From: Eledone cirrhosa
Lineage: Eukaryota
Assembly (NCBI GenBank): GCA_964016885.1
Contig: OZ024745.1
Location: 5,456,001-5,520,000, forward strand
Length of the DNA stretch: 64,000 bases
Direction: 5' to 3'
Made by a program: the position numbers and the translations under genes. The notes under the pieces were generated by a model. That model was not told the DNA's origin. It worked only from the letters and a program-made list of their open reading frames with translations, and did no database searches. This document shows, one piece after another, positions 1-14,120 of the stretch; position 1 is the first letter of the stretch, and every line of letters starts with the position of its first letter.

Positions 1-3000
1 GGTGTCTGTACTGTCAGTAGTAGTGGTGGTGGTGTCTGTACTGCCAGTAGTGGTGGTGGTGTCTGTACTGCCAGTGGTAGTGGTGGTGGTGTCTGTACTG
101 TCAGTAGTGGTGGTGGTGGTGTCTGTACTGTCAGTAGTGGTGGTGGTGGTGTCTGTACTGTCAGTAGTGGTGGTGGTGGTGTCTGTACTGTCAGTAGTGG
201 TGGTGGTGGTGTCTGTACTGTCAGTAGTGGTGGTGGTGTCTGTACTGCCAGTAGTAGTGGTGGTGGTGTCTGTACTGTCAGTAGTGGTGGTGGTGGTGTC
301 TGTACTGTCAGTAGTGGTGGTGGTGTCTGTACAGCCAGTAGTAGTGGTGGTGGTGTCTGTACTGTCAGTAGTGGTGGTGGTGGTGTCTGTACTGCCAGTA
401 GTGGTGGTGGTGGTGTCTGTACTGCCAGTAGTGGTGGTGGTGGTGTCTGTACTGTCAGTAGTAGTGGTGGTGGTGTCTGTACTGTCAGTAGTGGTGGTGG
501 TGGTGTCTGTACTGTCAGTAGTAGTGGTGGTGGTGTCTGTACTGTCAGTAGTGGTGGTGGTGGTGTCTGTGCTGTCAGTAGTGGTGGTGGTGTCTGTACT
601 GTCAGTAGTAGTGGTGGTGGTGTCTGTACTGCCAGTAGTGGTGGTGGTGGTGTCTGTACTGTCAGTAGTGGTGGTGGTGGTGTCTGTACTGTCAGTAGTA
701 GTGGTGGTGGTGTCTGTACTGTCAGTAGTGGTGGTGGTGTCTGTACTGCCAGTAGTAGTGGTGGTGGTGTCTGTACTGCCAGTAGTGGTGGTGGTGGTGT
801 CTGTACTGCCAGTAGTGGTGGTGGTGTCTGTACTGTCAGTAGTGGTGGTGGTGTCTGTACTGCCAGTAGTAGTGGTGGTGGTGTCTGTACTGCCAGTAGT
901 GGTGGTGGTGGTGTCTGTACTGTCAGTAGTGGTGGTGGTGGTGTCTGTACTGCCAGTAGTGGTGGTGGTGGTGTCTGTACTGCCAGTAGTGGTGGTGGTG
1001 GTGTCTGTACTGCCAGTAGTGGTGGTGGTGGTGTCTGTACTGACAGTAGTGGTGGTGGTGGTGTCTGTACTGTCAGTAGTAGTGGTGGTGGTGTCTGTAC
1101 TGTCAGTAGTGGTGGTGGTGGTGTCTGTACTGTCAGTAGTGGTGATGGTGGTGTCTGTACTGTCAGTAGTAGTGGTGGTGGTGTCTGTACTGCCAGTAGT
1201 GGTGGTGGTGGTGTCTGTACTGCCAGTAGTGGTGATGGTGGTGTCTGTACTGCCAGTAGTAGTGGTGGTGGTGTCTGTACTGCCAGTAGTGGTGGTGGTG
1301 GTGTCTGTACTGCCAGTAGTAGTGGTGGTGTCTGTACTGCCAGTAGTGGTGGTGGTGGTGTCTGTACTGCCAGTAGTGGTGGTGGTGGTGTCTGTACTGC
1401 CAGTAGTAGTGGTGGTGTCTGTACTGCCAGTAGTGGTGGTGGTGTCTGTACTGCCAGTAGTGGTGGTGGTGGTGTCTGTACTGCCAGTAGTGGTGGTGGT
1501 GGTGTCTGTACTGCCAGTAGTGGTGGTGGAGTCTGTACTGCCAGTAGTGGTGGTGGTGTCTGTACTGCCAGTAGTGGTGGTGGTGTCTGTACTGCCAGTA
1601 GTGGTGGTGGTGTCTGTACTGCCAGTAGTGGTGATGGTGGTGTCTGTACTGTCAGTAGTGGTGATGGTGGTGTCTGTACTGTCAGTAGTAGTGGTGGTGG
1701 TGTCTGTACTGCCAGTAGTGGTGGTGGTGTCTGTACTGCCAGTAGTGGTGGTGGTGTCTGTACTGTCAGTAGTGGTGATGGTGGTGTCTGTACTGTCAGT
1801 AGTGGTGATGGTGGTGTCTGTACTGTCAGTAGTAGTGGTGGTGGTGTCTGTACTGCCAGTAGTGGTGGTGGTGGTGTCTGTACTGCCAGTAGTGGTGATG
1901 GTGGTGTCTGTACTGCCAGTAGTAGTGGTGGTGTCTGTACTGCCAGTAGTGGTGGTGGTGTCTGTACTGCCAGTAGTGGTGGTGGTGGTGTCTGTACTGC
2001 CAGTAGTGGTGGTGGTGGTGTCTGTACTGCCAGTAGTGGTGGTGGAGTCTGTACTGCCAGTAGTGGTGGTGGTGTCTGTACTGCCAGTAGTGGTGGTGGT
2101 GTCTGTACTGCCAGTAGTGGTGGTGGTGTCTGTACTGCCAGTAGTAGTGGTGGTGTCTGTACTGCCAGTAGTGGTGGTGGTGTCTGTACTGTCAGTAGTA
2201 GTGGTGGTGGTGTCTGTACTGCCAGTAGTGGTGGTGGTGGTGTCTGTACTGCCAGTAGTAGTGGTGGTGGTGTCTGTACTGTCAGTAGTAGTGGTGGTGG
2301 AGTCTGTACTGCCAGTAGTGGTGGTGGTGTCTGTACTGCCAGTAGTAGTGGTGGTGGTGTCTATACTGCCAGTGGTGGTGGTGGTGGTGTCTGTACTGCC
2401 AGTAGTAGTGGTGGTGGTGTCTGTACTGCCAGTGGTGGTGGTGGTGGTGTCTGTACTGCCAGTAGTAGTGGTGGTGGTGTCTGTACTGCCAGTAGTGGTG
2501 GTGGTGTCTGTACTGCCAGTAGTGGTGGTGGTGGTGTCTGTACTGCCAGTAGTGGTGGTGGTGGTGTCTGTACTGTCAGTAGTGGTGGTGGTGTCTGTAC
2601 TGCCAGTAGTAGTGGTGGTGGTGTCTGTACTGCCAGTAGTGGTGGTGGTGTCTGTACTGTCAGTAGTAGTGGTGGTGGTGTCTGTACTGTCAGTAGTGGT
2701 GGTGGTGGTGTCTGTACTGCCAGTAGTGGTGGTGGTGTCTGTACTGCCAGTAGTAGTGGTGGTGGAGTCTGTACTGCCAGTAGTGGTGGTGGTGGTGGTG
2801 TCTGTACTGCCAGTAGTGGTGGTGGTGGTGTCTGTACTGCCAGTAGTGGTGGTGGTGGTGTCTGTACTGTCAGTAGTGGTGGTGGTGGTGTCTGTACTGC
2901 CAGTAGTGTTGGTGGAGTCTGTACTGCCAGTAGTAGTGGTGGTGGAGTCTGTACTGCCAGTAGTGGTGGTGGTGTCTGTACTGTCAGTAGTGGTGGTGGT

Positions 3001-3440
3001 GGTGTCTGTACTGTCAGTAGTGGTGGTGGTGGTGTCTGTACTGTCAGTAGTGGTGCTGGTGGTGTCTGTACTGTCAGTAGTGGTGGTGGTGTCTGTACTG
3101 CCAGTAGTGGTGGTGGTGGTGTCTGTACTGTCAGTAGTGGTGGTGGTGTCTGTACTGTCAGTAGTGGTGGTGGTGGTGTCTGTACTGTCAGTAGTGGTGG
3201 TGGTGGTGTCTGTACTGTCAGTAGTGGTGGTGGTGGTGTCTGTACTGTCAGTAGTGGTGGTGGTGTCTGTACTGCCAGTAGTGGTGGTGGTGGTGTCTGT
3301 ACTGTCAGTAGTGGTGGTGGTGTCTGTACTGCCAGTAGTAGTGGTGGTGGTGTCTGTACTGTCAGTAGTGGTGGTGGTGTCTGTACTGCCAGTAGTGCTG
3401 GTGGTGGTGTCTATACTGTCAGTAGTGGTGGTGGTGGTGT
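1..3440. repeat. 27/30-bp minisatellite GTCTGTACTG(T/C)CAGTAGT(A/G)GT(GGT)n, open at window start
   Basis: Directly visible tandem units. Length varies in steps of one GGT triplet. The 1168-aa Val-rich ORF is a by-product of the repeat. Confidence 0.97.
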
Positions 3441-3756
3441 TGAGAAGAGTACATTGGAAAAGGTGTAAGGAGCAGAAAAATCCACCAAATGAATTCTGCT
3501 GCAGTTAAACTGTGCATGTACAAAGTGAACATCAAAAGGATTGCTGAGTGATTGCTGTTTAGGTGCACTTACCAGCTGCAATAGACTTGCTGGTTGTACT
3601 TGCTGACATAGCACACAAAGTAGATGGCAGCAGCAGTATTCACATAATTCAGTTTGAAAGGACATTAGTTTGGTGCATTGCTAAACTAACTTCAGAAGTA
3701 ACATTCAATCTGTTCAATGGGAATGGGTGGAGATTTTCATATTTTATAACGAGTGA

Positions 3757-5240
3757 TACTAACTGAACTCTCCATATTAGATCATACCCCACTATTACTT
3801 GATAGTCAGTGACACTAACTGAACTCTCCCTATTAGATCATACCCCACTATTACTTGATAGTCAGTCGTACTAACTGAACTCTCCATATTAGATCATACC
3901 CCACTATTACTTGATAGTCAGTCGTACTAACTGAACTCTCCATATTAGATCATACTCCACTATTACTTGATAGTCAGTGGTACTAACTGAACTCTCCATA
4001 TTAGATCATACCCCACTATTACTTGATAGACAGTGGTACTAACTGAACTCTCCATATTAGATCATACCCCACTATTACTTGATTGTCAGTCGTACTAACT
4101 GAACTCTCCATATTAGATCATACCCCACTATTACTTGATAGTCAGTCGTACTAACTGAACTCTCCATATTAGATCATACCCCACTATTACTTGATAGTCA
4201 GTCGTACTAACTGAACTCTCCATATTAGATCATACCCCACTATTACTTGATAGTCAGTGGTACTAACTGAACTCTCCATATTAGATCATACCCCACTATT
4301 ACTTGATAGTCAGTCGTACTAACTGAACTCTCCATATTAGATCATACCCCACTATTACTTGATAGTCAGTCGTACTAACTGAACTCTCCATATTAGATCA
4401 TACCCCACTATTACTTGATAGTCAGTGGTACTAACTGAACTCTCCATATTAGATCATACCCCACTATTACTTGATAGTCAGTCGTACTAACTGAACTCTC
4501 CATATTAGATCATACCCCACTATTACTTGATAGTCAGTGGTACTAACTGAACTCTCCATATTAGATCATACCCCACTATTACTTGATAGTCAGTGGTACT
4601 AACTGAACTCTCCATATTAGATCATACCCCACTATTACTTGATAGTCAGTCGTACTAACTGAACTCTCCATATTAGATCATACCCCACTATTACTTGATA
4701 GTCAGTGGTACTAACTGAACTCTCCATATTAGATCATACCCCACTATTACTTGATAGTCAGTGGTACTAACTGAACTCTCCATATTAGATCATACCCCAC
4801 TATTACTTGATAGTCAGTGGTACTAACTGAACTCTCCATATTAGATCATACCCCACTATTACTTGATAGTCAGTCGTACTAACTGAACTCTCCATATTAG
4901 ATCATACCCCACTATTACTTGATAGTCAGTGGTACTAACTGAACTCTCCATATTAGATCATACACCACTATTACTTGATAGTCAGGAGTACTAACTAAAC
5001 TCTACATATTAGATAGTCAGGAGTACTAACTAAACACTACATGTTAGATAGTCAGGAGTACTAACTAAATTGTACATGTTAGATCATACCCCATTATTAC
5101 TTGACAGTCACTGGTACTAAGTAAACTCCGCATATTAGTTCATACCCCCACAATTACTTGACAGTCAGTGGTACTAACTGAAATGTCCATATTAGATCAT
5201 ACTCCAATATTACTTGAGAGTCAGTGGGACAAACTAAACT
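3757..5240. repeat. 56-bp tandem repeat TACTAACTGAACTCTCCATATTAGATCATACCCCACTATTACTTGATAGTCAGT(C/G)G
   Basis: Period 56 (3757 to 3813). About 22 near-identical copies to ~4980, then degenerate and shortened copies. Confidence 0.96.
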
Positions 5241-8200
5241 GGAGACTACCATATCTGTTGACTGTACAGTAATATAGATATAGGTGAGAACTGGAGACTA
5301 CCAGATTTGTTGACTGTACAGTACTATAGAAATAGGTGAGAACTGGAGACTACCTGATCTGTTGACTGTACAGCAATATAGATATAGGTGAGAACTGGAG
5401 GCTACCAGATCTGTTGACTGTACAGTAATATAGATATAGGTGAGAACTGGAGATTACCATATCTATTTACTGTCCAGTAATATAGACAGGTGAGAACTGC
5501 AGACTACCAGATCTGTTGACTGTACAGTAATACAGACATAGGTGAGAACTGGAGACTACCAGATCTGTTGACTGTACAGTAATATAGACATAGGTGAGAA
5601 CTGGAGACTACCAGATCTGGTGACTGTACAGTAATATAGATATAGGTGAGAACTGGAGACTACCAGATCTGTTGACTGTACAGTAATACAGATATAGGTG
5701 AGAACTGGAGATTACCATATCTATTTACTGTCCAATAATATAGACAGGTGAGAAGTGGAGACTACCAGATCTGTTGACTGTACAGTAATATAGACAGGTG
5801 AGAACTGGAGACTATCATATCTGTAGACTGTACAGTAATATAGACAGGTGAGAACTGGAGACTACCAGATATGTTGACTGTACAGTAATATAGACAGGTG
5901 AGAACTGGAGAGTACCAGATCTGTTAACTGAAAAGTAATATATATATATAGGTGAGAACTGGAGACTACCAGATCTCTTGACTGTACAGTAATACAGACA
6001 TAGGTGAGAACTGGAGACTACCATATCTGTTGACTGTACAGTAATATAGATATAGGTGAGAACTGGAGATTACCATATCTATTGACTGTACAGTAATATA
6101 GGCAGGTGAGAACTGGAGACTACCAGATCTGTTGACTGTACAGTGATATAGACATAGGTGAGAACTGGGATCTGCCAGATCTGTTGACTGTACAGTAATA
6201 TAGACATGGGTGAGAACTGGAGACTACCAGATCTGTTGACTGTACAGTAATATAGACATAGGTGAGAACTGGGGACTGCCAGATCTGTTGACTGTACAGT
6301 AATATAGACATAGGTGAGAACTGGAGACTACCATATCTATTGACTGTACAGTAATATAGACAGGTGAGAACTGGAGACTACCAGATCTGTAGACTGTACA
6401 GTAATATAGATATAGGTGAGAACTGGAGACTACCACATCTGTTGACTGTACAGTAATATAGACAGGTGAGAACTGGAGACTACCAGATCTGTTGATTGTA
6501 CAGTAATATAGACGTAGACTGAGAACTGGAGACTACCAGATCTGTTGACTGTATAGTAATATAGACATAGGTGAGAACTGGAGACTACCATATCTATTGA
6601 CTGTACAGTAATATAGACACGTGAGAACTGGAGACTACCAGATCTGTTGATTGTACAGTAATATAGACAGGTGAGAACTGAAGACTACCAGATCTGTTGA
6701 CTGTACAGTAATATAGACATAGGTGAGAACTGGAGACTACCAGATCTGTTGACTGTACAGTAATATAGATATAGGTGAGAACTGGAGACTACCAGATCTG
6801 TTGACTGTACAGTAATATAGATATAGGTGAGAACTGGAGATTACCATATCTATTTACAGTCCAGTAATATAGACAGGTGAGAACTGCAGACTACCAGATC
6901 TGTTGACTGTACAGTAATATAGACATAGGTGAGAACTGGAGACTACCAGATCTGTTGACTGTACAGTAATATAGACATAGGTGAGAACTGGAGACTACCA
7001 GATCTGGTGACTGTACAGTAATACAGATATAGGTGAGAACTGGAAATTACCATATCTATTTACTGTCAAATAATATAGACAGGTGAGAACTGGAGACTAC
7101 CAGATCTGTTGACTGTACAGTAATATAGACAGGTGAGAACTGGAGACTACCAGATATGTTGTCTGTACAGTAATATAGACATAAGTGAGAACTGGAGTCT
7201 ACCAGATCTGTTGACTGTACAGTAATATAGACATAGGTAAGAACTGGAGACTACCAGATCTGTTGACTGTACAGTAATATAGACAGGTGAGAACTGGAGA
7301 GTACCAGATCTGTTAACTGAAAAGTAATATATATATAGGTGAGAACTGGAGACTACCAGATCTCTTGACTGTACAGTAATACAGACATAGGTGAGAACTG
7401 GAGACTGCCAGATCTGTTGATGGAACAGTAATATAGACATAGGTGAGAACTGGAGACTACCAGATCTGTTGACTGTACAGTAATATAGACATAGGTGAGA
7501 ACTGGGGACTGCCAGATCTGTTGACTGTACAGTAATATAGACATAGGTGAGAACTGGAGACTACCATATCTATTGACTGTACAGTAATATAGACAGGTGT
7601 GAACTGGAGACTACCAGATCTGTTGACTGTACAGTAATATAGATATAGGTGAGAACTGGAGACTACCACATCTGTTGACTGTACAGTAATATAGACAGGT
7701 GAGAACTGGAGACTACCAGATCTGTTGACTGTACAGTAATATAGACGTAGACTGAGAACTGGAGACTACCAGATCTGTTGACTGTATAGTAATATAGACA
7801 TAGGTGAGAACTGGAGACTACCATATCTATTGACTGTACAGTAATATAGACACGTGAGAACTGGAGACTACCAGATCTGTTGACTGTACTGTAATATAGA
7901 CATAGGTGAGAAGTGGAGACTACCAGATCGGTTGACTGTACAGTAATATAGACTGGTGAGAACTGGAGACTACCAGATCTGTTGACTGTACAGTAATATA
8001 GACATAGGTGAGAACTGGAGACTACCATATCTATTGACTGTACAGTACTATAGACATAGGTGAAAACTGGAGACTACCAGATCTATTGACTCTACAGTAA
8101 TATAGATATAGGTGAGAACTGGAGACTACCAGATCTGTTGACTGTACAGTAATATAGATATAGGTGAGAACTGGAGACAACCAGATCTGTTGACTGTACA

Positions 8201-11040
8201 GTAATATAGACATAGGTGAGAACTGGAGACTACCAGATCTACTGACTGTACAGTAATATAGATATAGGTGAGAACTGGGGACTACCAGATCTATTGACTG
8301 TACTGTAATATAGACAGGTGAGAACTGGAGACTACCATATCTGTTGACTGCACAGTAATATAGACATAGGTTTGAACTGGAGACTACCACATCTGTAGAC
8401 TGTACAGTAATATAGACATAGGTGAGAACTGGAGACTACCAGATCTGTAGACTGTACAGTAATATAGACATAGGTGAGAACTGGAGACTACCAGATCTAT
8501 TGACTGTACAGTAATATAGATATAGGTGAGAACTGGAGACTACCACATCTGTTGACTGTACAGTAATATACACAGTTGAGAACTGGAGACTACCAGATCT
8601 GTTGACTGTACAGTAATATAGACATAGGTGAGAACTGGAGACTACCATATCTGTTGACTGTACAGTAATATAGACAGGTGAGAACTGGAGACTACCAGAT
8701 CTGTTGACTGTACATTAATATAGACAGGTGAGAACTGGAGACTACCAGATCTGTTGACTGTACAGTAATATAGACATAGGTGAGAACTGGAGACTACCAT
8801 ATCTATTGACTGTTCAGTAATATAGACATAGGTGAGAACTGGAGACTACCAGATCTGTTGACTGTACTGTAGTATAGACATAGATGAGAACTGGAGACTA
8901 CCAGATCTGTTGACTGTACAGTAATATAGACAGGTGAGAATTGGAGACTACCAGATCTGTTAACTGTACAGTGATATAGACATAGGTGACAACTGGAGAC
9001 TACCAGATCTGTTGACTGTACAGTAATATAGACTTAGGTGAGAACTGGAGACTACCAGATCTGTTGACTGTACACTAATACAGATATAGGTGAGAACTGG
9101 AGATTACCATATCTGTTGACTGTACAGTAATATAGACATAGGTGAGAACTGGAGACTACCATATCTGTTCACTGTACAGTAATATAGACAGGTGAGAACT
9201 GGAGACTACCAGATCTGTTGACTGTACATTAATATAGACAGGTGAGAACTGGAGACTACCAGATCTGTAGACTGTACAGTAATATAGACATAGGTGAGAA
9301 CTGGAGACTACCAGATCTATTGACTGTACAGTAATATAGACGTAGGTGAGAACTGGAGATTGCCATATCTATTGACTGTACAGTAATATAGACATAGGTG
9401 AGAACTGGAGACTACCAGATCTATTGACTGTACAGTAATATAGGCAGGTGAGAACTGGAGACTACCAGATCTGTTGACTGTACAGTGATATAGACATAGG
9501 TGAGAACTGGAGATTACCATATCTATTGACTGTACAGTAATATAGGCAGGTGAGAACTGGAGACTACCAGATCTGTTGACTGTACAGTGATATAGACATA
9601 GGTGAGAACTGGGGACTGCCAGATCTGTTGACTGTACAGTAATATAGACATAGGTGAGAACTGGAGACTACCAGATCTATTGACTGTACAGTAATATAGA
9701 CTTAGGTGAGAGCTGGAGACTACCAGATCTATTGACTGTACAGTAATATAGACATAGGTGAGAACTGGAGACTACCATATCTGTTGACTGTACAGTAATA
9801 TAGACATAGGTGAGAACTGGAGACTACCATATATATTGACTGTACAGTAATATAGACATAGGTGAGAACTGGAGACTACCATATCTGTTGACTGTACAGT
9901 GATATAGACATAGGTGAGAACTGGAGACTACCATATCTGTTGACTGTACAATAATATAGACAGGTGAGAACTGGAGACTACCAGATCTGTTGACTGTACA
10001 GTAATATAGATATAGGTGAGAACTGGAGACTACCAGATCTGTTGACTGTACAGTAATATAGACATAGGTGAGAACTGGAGACTATCATATCTGTTGACTG
10101 TTCAGTAATATAGACATAGGTGAGAACTGGAGACTACCATATCTGTTGACTGTACAGTAATATAGACATAGGTGAGAACTGGAGACTACCATATATATTG
10201 ACTGTACAGTAATATAGACATAGGTGAGAACTGGAGACTACCATATCTGTTGACTGTACAGTGATATAGACATAGGTGAGAACTGGAGACTACCATATCT
10301 GTTGACTGTACAATAATATAGACAGGTGAGAACTGGAGACTACCAGATCTGTTGACTGTACAGTAATATAGATATAGGTGAGAACTGGAGGCTACCAGAT
10401 CTGTTGACTGTACAGTAATATAGACATAGGTGAGAACTGGAGACTGTCATATCTGTTGACTGTTCAGTAATATAGACATAGGTGAGAACTGGAGACTACC
10501 AGATCTGTTGACTGTACAGTAATATAGACAGGTGAGAACTGGAGACTACCAGATATGTTGACTGTACAGTAATATAGACTGGTGAGAACTGGAGACTACC
10601 AGATCTGTTGACTGTACAGTAATATAGACATAGGTGAGAACTGGAGACTACCATATCTATTGACTGTACAGTACTATAGACATAGGTGAAAACTGGAGAC
10701 TACCAGATCTATTGACTCTACAGTAATATAGATATAGGTGAGAACTGGAGACTACCAGATCTGTTGACTGTACAGTAATATAGATATAGGTGAGAACTGG
10801 AGACAACCAGATCTGTTGACTGTACAGTAATATAGACATAGGTGAGAACTGGAGACTACCAGATCTACTGACTGTACAGTAATATAGATATAGGTGAGAA
10901 CTGGGGACTACCAGATCTATTGACTGTACTGTAATATAGACAGGTGAGAACTGGAGACTACCAGATCTGTTGATTGTACAGTAATATAGATATAGGTGAG
11001 AACTGGAATACCATGTTTAGTGTACAGTAATATAGATATA
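5238..11040. repeat. 52/50-bp satellite AACTGGAGACTACCAGATCTGTTGACTGTACAGTAATATAGACA(TA)GGTGAG, roughly 110 copies
   Basis: Period 52, with a 50-bp variant lacking TA. Contains palindromes CAGATCTG and ACTGTACAGT. The many short minus-strand ORFs are repeat artefacts. Confidence 0.96.
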
Positions 11041-12534
11041 TGTTAGAGAAGGAAACTACCAGATGAGATATTTCCTGGTTTGAGTGAGATAGAGATAGAG
11101 GGGAAAAGAAGAGGAGCAGGAAAGAGACCTAGTTTTGATAATATTGTATATGTTGGATCACCGATAAAAAAAACAAGTTTATGTAGAATGTCATAACATA
11201 ATACAGCTGGAATTATCTCTTTCTTAATTACCAAAATTATTGAAATAAGATTTGTTAGTCAGCTAAATCCTTGATATATAATTTATTCTAATTTGATTTT
11301 TTGATGGTTGTTAGATTAAATATGGCAAGTGGACATTAAATAATGAAGATGATGATGATACTGGAAGTTAACTTGGATGAGATTTGACTTCACAACTGTG
11401 ATGTAAGAAATAGTACTGTACCAATTCTACCAATCCAGCACCTTATCAGTTCCATAGCATTAAAGATATGTATAGTTAATGCTTTAAATATGCAGACTAT
11501 AAAACTACTTCATGAATTTAACCTTAACCTTGGATAATTTGATTCCACTAAAAGGTTGTTTAAGGTTGATTAATTCAGACAAAAGTTTACAAAAATATCT
11601 TATAGCTGGATACAGACTTCTGGAGTCAAGGAAATGTTACTCTTTTAATTAAAGAAAAAAAGCAAAAATAGTTTTCACAGTGTTGCATAATGCTGTACAA
11701 ATTTTTACATCCTCCTTTTCCTTCCAAATAGATTTTTGAAAGAGATGTTAACATGTTTCAAATATTTTGATATATATATATATATAAAAAAAAAAAAGAA
11801 GAGAAGAAAAAAGCGGTTTAACTATAACTGTATCTGGTGGTAACTTTCAAAAGAATCTCTTGCAACTTAACTGTTCTATAAATAGTTGTTGTATCTTGTT
11901 ACCATGGCTACGGTGACCAATTTTGAATAGCCAAAATAAATAATTAAATAAATAAATAAAACAAGAAAACAAAGCAAATAAATGTTAACCATGGTGGGGC
12001 AACAAGAAAAACTAAAGAAAAATATGTAAAGAATAAAGAAAGAAAATTGAATAGTAAGAAAGAAGGGAGAGATAGCAATGAAAGAATTTTACCAATTATA
12101 TCCACTCAGTTGACCAGTATCACATATCTTTTTCTATCTCCAATTATAGTCCCCCAGAATTGACTATTTCTCTTGTTCTTCTTTCTTTTCCATTCTTTGC
12201 TTTCTTTGAGGTTTTTCTTGTGATCTTCAGACTATATTTTTAGTGCATTGATTGGTTTTTCATCTTGCAAAGATTTTTATCCTCTTTCATTGTTTTCCAG
12301 CCTCCACTCTTCCTTCATCTCATATTTCATTGATATCTAAAGACAAAATCAAAGACCCAATTCTTCCTTGATTTTGAACTCCTGCCTTTGATTAAACTTC
12401 ACAGGTTCTCTATTAATATGTTGTTGGAAAAGGAAAAAAAATGTGAAAAAAAAAAAAAAATGCAATCAGTAAACTGATTACAACATTTCTGTGGAAAACT
12501 GAACAAACAAACAAAACATAACTTTTTTATTGTT

Positions 12535-13002
12535 TTGTGTGTGTGTGTGTGGGGGGGGGGGGGGGGTTGTGTTATTTGTGGTGTTTGTGTGTGTGGTGTG
12601 TCTGTGTATGTGTGTGTGTGTGTGTGTGGGGGGGGGGGGGTGCTACTTCAAATATATATATCAGACTACATCAAAACACACCATGCCACTCCAATAGCAG
12701 TTTATTATTATTGCTTAAAAAGATATATATGAAATGTGATTATGTGTATGTGTGTGTGTGTTGTTTGTGTGTGTATGTGTTGTGTGTGTTGTGTGTGTGT
12801 GTGTGTGTGTGTGTGTTGTGTGTGTATGTGTTGTGTGTGTGTTGTGTGTGTATGTGTTGTGTGTATGTGTTGTGTGTATGTGTTGTGTGCGTGTGTTGTG
12901 TGTATGTGTTGTGTGTGTGTGTATGTATGTCTGTGTGTGTGTGTATGTCTGTGTGTGTTGTGTGTGTTGTGTGTGTATGTCCGTGTGTGTTGTGTATATA
13001 TG
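12535..13002. repeat. Imperfect (TG)n microsatellites with poly-G runs
   Basis: TG-rich tracts at ~12535-12642 and ~12742-13002. Confidence 0.93.
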
Positions 13003-13265
13003 TGGCTTCTTTGATGTGATAAGTATCTGTCCAAATTGACTCCAATCTGTTGACTTCCCCAACATCAACCAGGAAGTATTTTCAAATGTTATCAAATTAT
13101 CAGCGAAGGTTGTTAATGTTGGACTAAAATCTCATCAGAAATAAAAGAAAATCTAAATTTCACTTCAATCTCTAACTTTTCTCATAAAACTTGTTTAAAT
13201 GACGAAATTTTATTGTTTAAATAATTAACAATATCATCTCAAACCTCTGATCACTAAAATATTGG

Positions 13266-13567
13266 TTTCTAATTAGGGCATTTGGCCAGCAGATTTGGGG
13301 AAGGACAAAGTTAATTAAATCAACCCCAGTAAATTAACTGGTACTTTATTTTAAGGATGAAAGGCAAAGTTGAACTCAGTGGGATTTGAACTCAGAATGT
13401 AAAGAAGCAGAAGAAATACAACAATAACATCTTATCTGACACTCTAGCAATTCTGACAATATTTTATCTGACACTCTAACAATTCTGACAATATTTTATC
13501 TGACATTCTACCAATTCTGACAATATCTTATCTGACACCCTAGCAATTCTCACAATCCACTGCCTCC
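13266..13567 (-). mobile_element. Degenerate tRNA-derived SINE (cephalopod-like family A)
   Basis: Motifs CAACCCCAGT..AACTGGTACTTTATTT..AAGGATGAAAGGCAAAGTTGA..GGATTTGAACTCAGAA. The reverse complement has a B-box-like GAGTTCAAATCC. A second diverged copy lies at ~20590-20740. Family recognised from memory of Octopus repeats. Confidence 0.7.
13426..13552. repeat. 32-bp tandem repeat x4 (TTATCTGACACTCTAGCAATTCTGACAATATT) inside the SINE
   Basis: Four visible copies. Confidence 0.88.
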
Positions 13568-13609
13568 TTGACCACTGAAATATTTACTGAATGTTTTCAC
13601 AGATTTAGT

Positions 13610-13704
<95 letters not shown>

Positions 13705-13892
13705 ATAGACAGATATTTAGATAGACCAACATACAGATATAGGTAGATAGATAGGTAGGCAGATAAATAGGTAGATATAGATAGACAAATAGAGAGACAG
13801 ACATATAGACAAATAGATGGGTAGATAGATAGATAGATAAATAGATAGTTTGATGGGTAGGTAAGTAGGTAGGATAGATAGATAGATAGATA
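13610..13892. repeat. Compound microsatellite (TA)n(GA)n followed by degenerate (GATA)n
   Basis: Directly visible. The purest GATA run abuts the 3' end of the LINE. Confidence 0.94.
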
Positions 13893-14120
13893 TTTTTCTT
13901 TATTTGCCACAAGGACATTACAAGACGTGACGGCGGTGGTTTTACATAAAAATATTTAACATTAATAAATAACAACTATATATAAAATAAAACAATTGAA
14001 ATCCCCAATAGGGGAGAACGTTACTGTGGGGTTGTTTTACACCCGTGGATAGAACAACCCTCAACACCAGGAGCACGTTTTGTAGGTGTTCCTGTCATCC
14101 CTCTTTTTGTCTTCCTCAAC

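Noticed and set aside
2-3508. 1168-aa poly-Val ORF on the + strand
   Set aside because: Translation of a GGT-based minisatellite with implausible composition and no true start.
12092-12336. Purine-rich minus-strand segment bounded by TTTGTCTTTAG and GTAAAA, exon-like
   Set aside because: Stops in all three frames right after the acceptor. At most a non-coding exon, with no support.
12535-13975. Cys/Val, His/Thr and Tyr/Ile-rich ORFs
   Set aside because: Translations of (TG)n, (TA)n and (GATA)n microsatellites.
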